Source: Candidatus Thorarchaeota archaeon (GTDB lineage: Archaea; Asgardarchaeota; Thorarchaeia; Thorarchaeales; Thorarchaeaceae). From it: a DNA stretch of 48,166 nucleotides. Positions 1 through 8,563 of the stretch are shown piece by piece (the first letter of the stretch is position 1; each line of letters begins with the position of its first letter). Both the position numbers and the translations under genes were made by a program. The stretch is taken from positions 1-48,166 of the forward strand of contig JAEOUG010000130.1 in the NCBI GenBank assembly GCA_016839445.1, written 5' to 3'. The notes beneath the pieces are model-generated. The model saw only the letters and a list, made by a program, of their open reading frames with translations, did no database searches and had not been told where the DNA came from.

Positions 1-477
1 AGTTCTGTCGGAAACAATGCTATCAAGAATGCTCATGTTGAGGGTACCGTCTGAATCTACAGGTACGGGCTTTACTTCGAGACCTAGAACCTCTGCACAT
101 CTGAGTAGCGGAGCAGACACTGAGTTCTCCTCACCTGCGGAGAAGACCATCACGTTCCGTCCCCGACTCTTCCAGTCATAACCGTACGCAAGAGAAGCTA
201 CTGCACCAGAAAGTGACTTCTGGAAGGATACACACTGAGGAGGAGAATCGAGGTAGTGAGCCATTGACTTCCTAGCTTCTTCTACCGCGTTCGCACCCTC
301 GACAGCGAGTCTGTGAGCCCCCTTTCGTGAGGACACGGCTATGTTCCTCGTGAAATCGGCGCTTGCTTGCACTGCCTCATCTGGCACAAGAGTAGTGCTT
401 GCAGAGTCGAAATATGCTAGACTAGGGATTCTTGCATAGACACTGAATTGCGCACGGACGTCCTCAGGATTCGTCAT
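1..477 (-). CDS. SufS/cysteine desulfurase-like class V PLP-fold protein, N-terminal part (runs off the window), degenerate motifs
   Basis: Manual translation from ATG at 477 gives MTNPEDVRAQFSVYARIPSLAYFDSASTT...SRKGAH...EEARKSMAHYL, the SufS-type N-terminus. AGGAG lies upstream. Not in the ORF track because it is truncated. Confidence 0.75.
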   Translation of the reverse strand, partial: MTNPEDVRAQFSVYARIPSLAYFDSASTTLVPDEAVQASADFTRNIAVSSRKGAHRLAVEGANAVEEARKSMAHYLDSPPQCVSFQKSLSGAVASLAYGYDWKSRGRNVMVFSAGEENSVSAPLLRCAEVLGLEVKPVPVDSDGTLNMSILDSIVSDRT

Positions 478-533
478 GGAACTCTCTCCTATTGAGCTAC
501 TTTAATACATCTCGAATGTGGAACCAGTTGGCA

Positions 534-1508
534 ATGCAGTCCAGACCGATTGTCGAGGGATTCTTCGTCAAGACAGTCGAGGGGCTAGTCTTCGAGATTA
601 AGGGTGTTGTTCATCCAAGAAACAGGTACATTGCCTATCTGCGTTATGTTCCTACGGGAGCCCATAGAAGTGGGTTGAGGAAGGTGTACGATCTCGCAGA
701 CCGTGAGAGGTATCTTGTAAGCAATCACTCCTCCTACTTATGGACCAGCCAGGTACACGGTCGAGTTGTGCAGTCTGTTCCTCATGAGAGAGTGAAGGCC
801 GTTCTTGACCCAGTAGAGCATTTGGGTATGCTTCGGGCAGAGAGCAGAGAACTGACTGTCTTGGAGCAGAAGGCTGTGAAGATGGCAGAAGTGCTTGTGA
901 AGCATACACCTATTGACTGGACGGACATTGGTTTGACAGGTTCACTGCTTGTCGGAACCGCAGGACCTTCTTCAGACATAGACATGGTCGTCTATGGTGA
1001 ACAAGCATGTAGGAGTATGTACGATCATATCGATGAGTGCCCCGGAGTAGAGAAGTACTCGGGAAGCATCCTGGAGAGGCACGTGGAGTTCCGGTGGGGG
1101 GCGCTTCATCAGTACACTGACATACTGGCTGAAATCGAGCAAAAGAAACGACTTCAAGGTCTCTTTGAAGGAGCAGAGTACTTCATTCGGCTGGTTAGAC
1201 ACCCTAGGGACCTGAGCTACGGTTTTGATGACAGGATTTTCGAGTATGTTGGACACTCTGTGCATGAGTGTACGGTAATCGGAGACAAGGATTCAATCTT
1301 CACACCATGCGCCTATCAAGTCGAGTCATCAAGCCGCCCTGACCTTCGCCAGATTGTAAGCTTCCGTGGGCGCTATACTGAACATGTTCATGCTGGAGAC
1401 CATGTGTGTGTATGTGGAAGAATGGAGAGGGTAAGGGAGGAGTCAGGCGACGCCCACATCCAGATCGTCGTCGGGGAAGCTGCTACTGACTACTTAGTGC
1501 CCTTTTGA
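534..1508 (+). CDS. Archaeal Pol-beta-superfamily nucleotidyltransferase (COG1665-like)
   Basis: GLTGSLLVG..SSDIDMVVYG NTase motif, HP..RYIAYLRYVP N-terminus and OB-like C-terminus. Start chosen at ATG 534 (uncertain). Confidence 0.75.
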   Translation: MQSRPIVEGFFVKTVEGLVFEIKGVVHPRNRYIAYLRYVPTGAHRSGLRKVYDLADRERYLVSNHSSYLWTSQVHGRVVQSVPHERVKAVLDPVEHLGMLRAESRELTVLEQKAVKMAEVLVKHTPIDWTDIGLTGSLLVGTAGPSSDIDMVVYGEQACRSMYDHIDECPGVEKYSGSILERHVEFRWGALHQYTDILAEIEQKKRLQGLFEGAEYFIRLVRHPRDLSYGFDDRIFEYVGHSVHECTVIGDKDSIFTPCAYQVESSSRPDLRQIVSFRGRYTEHVHAGDHVCVCGRMERVREESGDAHIQIVVGEAATDYLVPF

Positions 1509-1521
1509 CAGATTCATACCT

Positions 1522-1933
1522 TTCACATAGCAAGTTGTGAATGGCGCCTTTATTGTGAATCGTCTGCTAGGAAAAGGGTGCAAAACCCTTCTTCCAGTTG
1601 AATAGGAAACAATACGGCTGCTACGTCCTGTGAATAAACACCACCCCTCTGTTTCCAGTGGAAACTCGTCTTTCCGCTTCATATCTCTTTCTCACCTATT
1701 CACAAACCACATAAGTGAGTGAATGAGGAAAACAATGGAACATGCCTTCTTTTCGTGTTTTTCGGCGTTCATAGGCCTTATTTCTCTGTGAAAAGGACTG
1801 AAAGGATGTGAGCACAGAGAAAACGATATGGACGAGCTCCGTCTGTGAAGAGACACATTATCTAGCTGTTATCCTTGTATTGTCAATTCACATACTCACA
1901 CTTATTTGCAATTCACTGGTATGGTGCTGTGAA
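1522..1933. repeat. Cluster of 9 TGTGAA/TTCACA hexamers upstream of a winged-helix gene
   Basis: Exact copies at 1522, 1536, 1554, 1629, 1699, 1787, 1844, 1887 and 1928, plus TGTGAG/CTCACA variants. Confidence 0.7.
1642..1665 (-). promoter_or_regulatory. Origin recognition box (ORB) with G-string
   Basis: Minus strand reads GTTTCCACTGGAAACAGAGGGGTG, matching the archaeal ORB pattern TTCCAnTGGAAA-N4-GGGGT. Confidence 0.75.
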
Positions 1934-2585
1934 TAGTGAAGAGCAGGTGCGTCCATTGGCCGAAGAAGATCGAACCAACTATGTCTATGAGTTCACCTAT
2001 AGTTCGGCCCCTGGTCTCCGTGAGATTTTCCAGTGCAAGTATGTGAGCCCAGGTGAAGCGTTGAACAGGTTCAGGAAGATACTTGCCCTCACTGAGTCAC
2101 CCTTCGACTTCAAGATAGTTGTTTCCGACGAGACCATGGGAGAAGAATCAAGTTTCCAGGTGAAGGGTGGAAGCATAGAGGAGATGTTTGTCAAGTTCAA
2201 GGTCTTCCTTGAAACAAGTACGGGATATGTATTCCGTGAGGTTACTCAGGAAACGGAAGAGAAGCCTCTCACACAGATGGGGCTAGAGTCCTTGAGCAAT
2301 TATGACAAGATGCAGGTTGTGATTTATGCGTCTTTCAAGCACGGAAAGTTCTCTTCTCTTGATGTTGCAGAAATCTATGAAGATAGCTTCAATGAAGACC
2401 TGCCGAAGAGCACTGCTTCGACCTACCTTGCTAGAATGTGGAACAACGGCAAGGGACACCTTGAGAGGTATGGCAACAGATCTGGCTATACGTATCGACT
2501 CAGGACAGAGATGAAACAGGTTCAGCGAGAAGTTGAGAGGGCTGAGGAACTTCTCGCCGCAATCCAGATGCGAGTCCGAGATTAG
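1929..2585 (+). CDS. Putative DNA-binding protein with C-terminal winged helix
   Basis: FSSLDVAEIYED...LPKSTASTYLARMW..GHLERYG...YTYRL is a wHTH pattern. GTG start at 1929 assumed. Confidence 0.65.
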   Translation: MNSEEQVRPLAEEDRTNYVYEFTYSSAPGLREIFQCKYVSPGEALNRFRKILALTESPFDFKIVVSDETMGEESSFQVKGGSIEEMFVKFKVFLETSTGYVFREVTQETEEKPLTQMGLESLSNYDKMQVVIYASFKHGKFSSLDVAEIYEDSFNEDLPKSTASTYLARMWNNGKGHLERYGNRSGYTYRLRTEMKQVQREVERAEELLAAIQMRVRD

Positions 2586-2607
2586 TGTCTAGGTCAATCA
2601 CTCTCAA

Positions 2608-3921
2608 TCATATGTCGAATTCCTTTTCTTCCAAGCTTATGCCTAGCTGTTTCAATTCGTCTAGGATTGGGTTGTAGATCTCAGGAGAGATAGGACGATG
2701 AACTCCCGTCATCTTGATTCTTCCGTCGAGAATCATTCTGCTAGCGATAGCAACCGGTAATGCAACTGTCCTTGACATTGAGCTATCTCCATGTGGAATG
2801 CCATAGTCTATCATCGTCGAGGTAATTCGCTTCTTGTCATCTGGATACTTCACAATGAATTCATGGTGCATGACAATCATGTCACGCTCGCCAGGTTCGT
2901 ATTGGAGCTTCTCCTCGAATAGGTGGCATAGTGCATCAAGAGTTGTAGCAGCTTTGCTGGGAATCACTCTATCATCAAAGAGCCCTAGCCATTTGAGTCT
3001 AGAGATTACTTCGTCGCCAGGGTCCACACCACATGTCTTTGCTACTGCTTCAGTCAGGTCTTCTCCATCTTTGACGAGCTCCCGAAGAAGGTCAGCATAG
3101 GTCATCCCCTCAAAGGAGCGCTCTTCTATATCAAGAAGTCCCAGATCTGCAATCTTCTTGAGAGTCCTGCACCAACCTAGATTCCTGAAAGTCCCACGAA
3201 GCATGGTCTTAGTTTCAGGTATATCGTAAATCTCTATGTATGAAAGACTGTCGCGATTGGGGTATCCTTCGAAGCTTCCCATGTTGGGCACTTCCATCTC
3301 CTCGCAGTTGTCAAAGAGATCAGCTCCGGGTATGATGACCTCCTGTCCATCCTTCAAGAAATGAGCGGAGTTCCTGCCTGCGAGGAGGACGCCTCGAGGA
3401 CTCCATGAGAGCTTGTAACCGAACGGATTGTTGTTTGCATCAGGAGCAGGAAGTCCCCCTGTGAAGGAAGTGAAGCTGATTATCTGGCCATTGCTATCGT
3501 GGACCTGATCAATGATTTTCATCGCACTCATGTGGTCTATTCCAGGATCCACGCCGCACTCATTCAGAAGGAGGATGCCTGCCTCCTTTGCAGGTCCATC
3601 GAGTGCCTTCATCTCGTCCGAGATGTATGAGGTTGTGCAGAACGGTTTCTTGTGTCTTATCGCCACCTTGGCAGCTTTCACGTGAAACGTATAGGGAAGC
3701 AATGAGCAAACTAAGTCTGCGTCTTTGACGAGCTTCTCTAGAAGCGTATCATCCTTAGCGATGTTGAAGGTGATTGCTTCTGCATTCTTGCATCCATTAA
3801 TCAGCTTGTCAGCCTTGCTCTTGGTTCGACTAGCAACTGTGACATGGAACCCGTGGTTGCTCAGATACTCAACATACGGACGCGCCACGAGTCCGGCTCC
3901 AAGACAGAGTACTTTCTTCAT
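2608..3921 (-). CDS. Saccharopine dehydrogenase (glutamate-forming; Lys9/AASS SDH-domain type)
   Basis: GAGLVA Rossmann motif, SLLPY, TTSY, ECGVDPGIDHM, GGLPAP..NNPFGYKLSWSP, YPNRDS. Confidence 0.9.
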   Translation of the reverse strand: MKKVLCLGAGLVARPYVEYLSNHGFHVTVASRTKSKADKLINGCKNAEAITFNIAKDDTLLEKLVKDADLVCSLLPYTFHVKAAKVAIRHKKPFCTTSYISDEMKALDGPAKEAGILLLNECGVDPGIDHMSAMKIIDQVHDSNGQIISFTSFTGGLPAPDANNNPFGYKLSWSPRGVLLAGRNSAHFLKDGQEVIIPGADLFDNCEEMEVPNMGSFEGYPNRDSLSYIEIYDIPETKTMLRGTFRNLGWCRTLKKIADLGLLDIEERSFEGMTYADLLRELVKDGEDLTEAVAKTCGVDPGDEVISRLKWLGLFDDRVIPSKAATTLDALCHLFEEKLQYEPGERDMIVMHHEFIVKYPDDKKRITSTMIDYGIPHGDSSMSRTVALPVAIASRMILDGRIKMTGVHRPISPEIYNPILDELKQLGISLEEKEFDI

Positions 3922-3934
3922 CTTTCGATTCCTC

Positions 3935-5236
3935 CTATGAGAGATACTTCTGTAGATATTCGTAGTTCGGTGTTAGTTGACCTCGGTACACTATTATTGC
4001 ATCCTTCAGCTCTCTGGGTAAGTCTAGAGAAGAGAAGTCAGCTCTGAAGTTGGCCTTGGCCAGGTCTGGTATGAACCGCAGGAGCGTTCCACTAAAGGAA
4101 GTTGACGATTCACGTGGAAGCTCGCAGGGCAAGTTGTCAACAGCCATCACCACAGGACCATTTCCTGCCACGCCAGGCTGTGACGAATCACTGTCTATTA
4201 GGTAGGTGAAAGCGGGAGCTCCAGGGTTTGTACAACGCATGGTGAACTCGATTGCGCCTTGTACATCACACGAGATGTCGCCGATGACCCTTAACCTTCG
4301 ACTTGGCTCATCCCAGTGACTCTTGATGAATGTCTTTGTAAGAAGACGCGGGTAGTCTGAGGACCAGTAGATGCAATTCATGAGAACTGTGAGATACGGT
4401 ACATGTTTCTGGAAGACCCCTCGGTAGGCCTTCTTTCCCATCTGGTAGTAGTGGTTGAGATTAAAGGCAGCACTGGAGTCTAGTGGCTCTACCATGTGTT
4501 CCTCCTTGAACACACACTTGTAGAGAACATGTGGGTCAGGTTCGAGGTCTGGGAGATCCTGTGGCTGTACAGACTTGTGTGGGAGAACATCGAATACCTC
4601 CTGGGCTCCGCGGGATACATTACCATAACCAGCGAATCCAACAATAAGTGGAAGGAGCTCTTGGGGGAGACCTTGTTCTCGAATTCTCTCTCCGAGTCTT
4701 CCGAACTCCTCCTTCAGACCCTTGAGACCGGACACTTCTAGGGTTGGTTTCAGATCTGAGAATGGGTTGGGTGTTATTCCCTCCCAATCCAGACGTTGAC
4801 CAAGAACCCGCAGCGTATCAGACATACCTGCCATGCCAGCCCAGTTCCCGAAAAAGATTAACCTGCGGCCTTTCTCGTCTACCACACGCTCGTAATCGAT
4901 GAGTGTTGCCTTGGTGTCTAGGATTCTCTGCAACATGGGCATGTTGTATTTCTGACCCTTGATTGTGTGACTGAAGAAGACATAGACGATGTCTTCCTCA
5001 AAGAAATCTATGGGCATCTCCTTGATTCCAAGGATGATGGGAGTAGCGCTATTCTTGAGAGGAAGAACCTGTGCGGAGGCTCGTTGATATTCCTCTTCGG
5101 TGAAGGCTCGTTGCTCACTGGGTTCCACAACAAAATCGATACTATGCTCCTGGTTGAGCTCCTTGACATGTTCAGGAATCACTGCAACTCTGGTTTCGAA
5201 GAGCTTCTCCTCTTTCCTCAGGCCGATCTTGTTCAT
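3935..5236 (-). CDS. Lysine-ketoglutarate reductase (AASS LKR domain / AlaDh-PNT family)
   Basis: GIKE, FFSHTIKGQ.YNMPML, LIDYE, GYGNVSRGAQE, NCIYW...YPRL, DISCD, AVDNLPCELP. ATG at 5236 follows GGAGG. Confidence 0.85.
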   Translation of the reverse strand: MNKIGLRKEEKLFETRVAVIPEHVKELNQEHSIDFVVEPSEQRAFTEEEYQRASAQVLPLKNSATPIILGIKEMPIDFFEEDIVYVFFSHTIKGQKYNMPMLQRILDTKATLIDYERVVDEKGRRLIFFGNWAGMAGMSDTLRVLGQRLDWEGITPNPFSDLKPTLEVSGLKGLKEEFGRLGERIREQGLPQELLPLIVGFAGYGNVSRGAQEVFDVLPHKSVQPQDLPDLEPDPHVLYKCVFKEEHMVEPLDSSAAFNLNHYYQMGKKAYRGVFQKHVPYLTVLMNCIYWSSDYPRLLTKTFIKSHWDEPSRRLRVIGDISCDVQGAIEFTMRCTNPGAPAFTYLIDSDSSQPGVAGNGPVVMAVDNLPCELPRESSTSFSGTLLRFIPDLAKANFRADFSSLDLPRELKDAIIVYRGQLTPNYEYLQKYLS

Positions 5237-5383
5237 TGGCAGACCTCCAGCGTTTTGTTGGGATTCAGTCCCGTGATAGACCGAGGGCCACGACACCTAC
5301 GCTTTAACCTTTCCTTGGAGGCGACGCTGTATTACACGTATTGAAAATGTGAACATGTGTTCTGAAACCTGGTGTGACTTGAA

Positions 5384-5665
5384 CTGTACATCTACTTGTA
5401 TGACTGTAAGAATGCACGAAGGAAGAACGCCAGGCGGGTAGCATTCACGAAGGAGCTCTACGGGTACGTGTACTCATGGAAGACAAAGTCTGGATTGAAG
5501 CAGCAGAAGAAACTTGGTCTCATTGATGAGTGCGTAGGAGCCGAAGCTGTCGCTGATTCGGCAATCCTTGTGCCTCCCGAACACAGATCACTGTTTGATT
5601 CCCTATTCTCTATGTACGATGACATCCTTGAGTTGAGGATATTTGAAGTACAGCGAGAGCTCTAG
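5384..5665 (+). CDS. Small Cas2/VapD-like ferredoxin-fold protein, stand-alone
   Basis: In-frame extension to CTG 5384 gives MYIYLYDCK..RRVAFTKELYGY...SAILVP, i.e. a hydrophobic strand + YD, a helix and a later SxxxV strand as in Cas2-like proteins. GGTG lies upstream. No CRISPR array nearby. Confidence 0.5.
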   Translation: MYIYLYDCKNARRKNARRVAFTKELYGYVYSWKTKSGLKQQKKLGLIDECVGAEAVADSAILVPPEHRSLFDSLFSMYDDILELRIFEVQREL

Positions 5666-5721
5666 TAATATTTGTATTACATCTCCTGGAACACGTGTTC
5701 TAGTGTATATCGTCAGGGTAA

Positions 5722-5888
5722 CACCCCTTCATTTCTACTGGAAAGTGATCTCCGGAGTATATTGCAGCGATATTATCTAGATAACATAAAATGGAGATGA
5801 ATAGCAGCTTCAGAAACCACTATTTATACTTGCTGATGTCTATTCGGTTCGACAACCCCCTAAGGTTTCCACTGGAAAGCAAGGGGTT
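5722..5888. other. Candidate replication origin: inverted ORBs flanking an AT-rich DUE
   Basis: ORB on minus at 5722-5745 (CTTTCCAGTAGAAATGAAGGGGTG) and ORB on plus at 5865-5888 (GTTTCCACTGGAAAGCAAGGGGTT, also readable on minus with a G5 string). AT-rich spacer of ~107 bp between them. Confidence 0.7.
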
Positions 5889-6039
5889 GTGTTCGTATTG
5901 GAACACATGTTCTGAGTAGTCTGATCCCGGACTGGTTACCACACGTCATTGGAACACATGTTCCAAGGGTGTTTCACTACCAAAAGACTGATACAGCGTT
6001 CACTTTCTTCACGGCACAATCTCTGATGGAGGAGAACCG

Positions 6040-7935
6040 TTGGCCAAAGCAAAGGAACTGCTAGAAGACTCTCCTGGAAAGAAGATCCTGTTACTGGCGA
6101 ACGAGGCTATTGCCAGAGGTGTACTTGAAGCTGGAGTGCGGCTTGTCGCCTTGTATCCTGGAACTCCAAGTAGTGAGATCGGGAATAACCTCACCTTCAT
6201 GGCACCTCACATCTCGGACTTCTACTTTGAGTTCAGTGCCAATGAGAAGGTGGCTCTGGAAGTTGCCGGTGCCGCTGCAGTGGCCGGAGTGAGATCCATG
6301 ATGGTCTGCAAGGGTCCAGGTCTCAACGTCGCAGCAGACCCCTTCTTCTCTCTTGCATATGTAGGTGTACGTGCCGGGATGGTGATTGTTGTCGCAGATG
6401 ACCCTAGCATGTGGAGCTCACAGAACGAGAACGACAGCAGGTACTATGCCCTCATGGGAAACACACTGATGATGGAACCTGCCGACCCAATTGAGGCCAA
6501 ATCAATGCTTCTGGACGCCTACGAGCTGTCAGAGAAGGTTGGCCTTCCAGTCCTCTTCAGGACCACAACTCGAGTCAATCACACGCGAGCTCCTGTGGAG
6601 TTCGGCCCAATCCGGAGCAGACCAAAGACAGTCGAATTCACAAAGGATCCTCTGAGGTTCGTTCCCGTACCAGCAGTTGCCAGAAAGCGACATCCGTGGT
6701 TGCTCAAGCAAATCGAAACTGCAAGAGAGCTCTCAGAGAAGAGCCCTCTCAATTTCACACTTGGCAAGGGCGATCTTGGAATCGTGACTTCTGGTGTGTC
6801 GTATAACTACGTCCTTGAAGCACTTGATGTGCTGGGAGTTAAGGCTGAGGTCTTGAAGCTGGGTATCACTCATCCAATCCCAGAGAGGATGTTGTCTGAC
6901 TTCCTCCGGAAACACAAGACTGTAGTTGTGGTCGAAGAGCTGGAGCCGTTCCTCGAAACACATGCACGCCGATTGGCCCAACTACACGAGATATCTGTGA
7001 AGATCATAGGAAAAGAGCAAGGCCAATTCCCAAGGGTATACGAGTACAGCACAAGAATCGTCGCTGAAGCTTTGTGTAAGATTGCTAATTGTAATACACC
7101 TATTAACTGGAGTGAGATTGATGAGAAGGTCGCCGAATTACCAGAGCTCCCTCCGCGACCTCCTCTTCTTTGCGCTGGCTGTCCCCACCGGGCTACCTAC
7201 TTCGCCATTCGTACTGCTACAAGAGGAAAGGCAATCTATCCCTCTGATATAGGGTGTTACACACTGAGTATTGCCCCACCTCTTGAAACCGCAGACATCC
7301 TCTTTGACATGGGTTCTTCCATTACAACAGCATGTGGACTGGCTGAGGTCACAGATCAGGACATCGTCGCTACCATAGGTGATAGTACTTTCTTTGCTTC
7401 CGGTCTCGCAGGCCTTGCGAGTGCCGTATACAATCAACATCGTATCTGCTTGGTAGTTCTAGACAACAGAACCACGGCTATGACAGGTCACCAACCACAT
7501 CCTGGTACAGGCCTGACAGGGATGCAGAAGCAAGTCCCACCACTTGATATTGGAGATGCTTGCCGAGGCCTAGGTGTGAAATACGTCAAGACAGTGGAAC
7601 CCTTTGAGTCCATAGCTGGTCTGGTTGCCGAAGTTCGCGAGATGGTGAAGTGGGCTAGAGAAAACCACAGTCCCGCTGTACTGATATCCAAGGAACCCTG
7701 TGCCCTACTCACAGCCGCAGACCGCAGAAAGACAGGCGAGTTTCCGGGGAGGTACTACGTTGACCAAGATGTCTGCAATGCGTGCAAACGTTGCCTGAAT
7801 CGCCTCTCTTGTCCAGCGATGTACATGAATCCAGATACAGAGAAGGCCATGATAGATGAGGCTCTCTGCAACCTTTGCGGCACATGTGTTTCCGTGTGTC
7901 CTCAGGGGGCAATCAAACAGGAGGGGGCGAAATGA
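6040..7935 (+). CDS. iorA: Indolepyruvate:ferredoxin oxidoreductase alpha subunit
   Basis: NEAIARG, YPGTPSSEI, NEKVALE, LCAGCPHR, SDIGCY, GDSTF TPP motif, LDNRTTAMTG.QP and a C-terminal 2x[4Fe-4S] domain. Confidence 0.95.
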   Translation: MAKAKELLEDSPGKKILLLANEAIARGVLEAGVRLVALYPGTPSSEIGNNLTFMAPHISDFYFEFSANEKVALEVAGAAAVAGVRSMMVCKGPGLNVAADPFFSLAYVGVRAGMVIVVADDPSMWSSQNENDSRYYALMGNTLMMEPADPIEAKSMLLDAYELSEKVGLPVLFRTTTRVNHTRAPVEFGPIRSRPKTVEFTKDPLRFVPVPAVARKRHPWLLKQIETARELSEKSPLNFTLGKGDLGIVTSGVSYNYVLEALDVLGVKAEVLKLGITHPIPERMLSDFLRKHKTVVVVEELEPFLETHARRLAQLHEISVKIIGKEQGQFPRVYEYSTRIVAEALCKIANCNTPINWSEIDEKVAELPELPPRPPLLCAGCPHRATYFAIRTATRGKAIYPSDIGCYTLSIAPPLETADILFDMGSSITTACGLAEVTDQDIVATIGDSTFFASGLAGLASAVYNQHRICLVVLDNRTTAMTGHQPHPGTGLTGMQKQVPPLDIGDACRGLGVKYVKTVEPFESIAGLVAEVREMVKWARENHSPAVLISKEPCALLTAADRRKTGEFPGRYYVDQDVCNACKRCLNRLSCPAMYMNPDTEKAMIDEALCNLCGTCVSVCPQGAIKQEGAK

Positions 7936-8546
7936 GTCGTATTACAAGTGATACAGTGTCTGTCGCAATCTCCGGAGTGGGAGGACAAGGTGTCCTTACA
8001 CTGGCCGAAGTACTGGCCAAGGCAGCACTCAATGACGGTTTCAATGTGAGGGTTGGCGAGATTCATGGCATGGCACAACGTGGCGGTCACGTTGTCTGCA
8101 CTGTCAGAATCGGCGACAACGTACATGGTCCAATCGTTGATTCGGGTACTGCCAATCTCCTTGTTGGCTTTGAGCCTGTGGAAACCATAAGGGAAATCGA
8201 GCTGATCAAGACTGACGGTCTCGTCATCATGAGCTCGCACGTGCAATATCCTGTTGCGGTGTCTATGGGGAAAGCAGAGTATCCATCTGAGGAGGAGATT
8301 CGCTCCATTGTCAGAAGATTCACTTCCCGTATCATTGAGTTTGACGCATTCAAACTGGCAAAGGACGCAGGCAGCACTAGGGCTCTGAATATGGTAATGC
8401 TCGGCGCTATCATAGGAGCGGGCATCACAGGGATCACCCAAGAGTCAGCTATCCATGCAATACGTACCAGCTTCCCCCAGAGGTTCGAGGAAATCAACGT
8501 GAAGGCCGCCACCAGTGGTATGGAAGCGGTGCGCAAGGCATCGTGA
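7932..8546 (+). CDS. iorB: Indolepyruvate:ferredoxin oxidoreductase beta subunit
   Basis: GVGGQG, EIHGMAQRGG.V, NMVMLGA. ATGA overlap with the iorA stop. Confidence 0.93.
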   Translation: MSRITSDTVSVAISGVGGQGVLTLAEVLAKAALNDGFNVRVGEIHGMAQRGGHVVCTVRIGDNVHGPIVDSGTANLLVGFEPVETIREIELIKTDGLVIMSSHVQYPVAVSMGKAEYPSEEEIRSIVRRFTSRIIEFDAFKLAKDAGSTRALNMVMLGAIIGAGITGITQESAIHAIRTSFPQRFEEINVKAATSGMEAVRKAS

Positions 8547-8563
8547 TACAACCATTACGGGTA

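Larger units (their letters stand above)
5351..5966. repeat. Four GAACAY-RTGTTC 12-bp palindromes
   Basis: GAACATGTGTTC at 5351, GAACACGTGTTC at 5689, GAACACATGTTC at 5901 and 5952 (the last extends to TTGGAACACATGTTCCAA). Confidence 0.75.

Noticed and set aside
5384-5665. CRISPR-Cas locus suggested by the Cas2-like gene
   Set aside because: No cas1, other cas genes or repeat-spacer array in the window.
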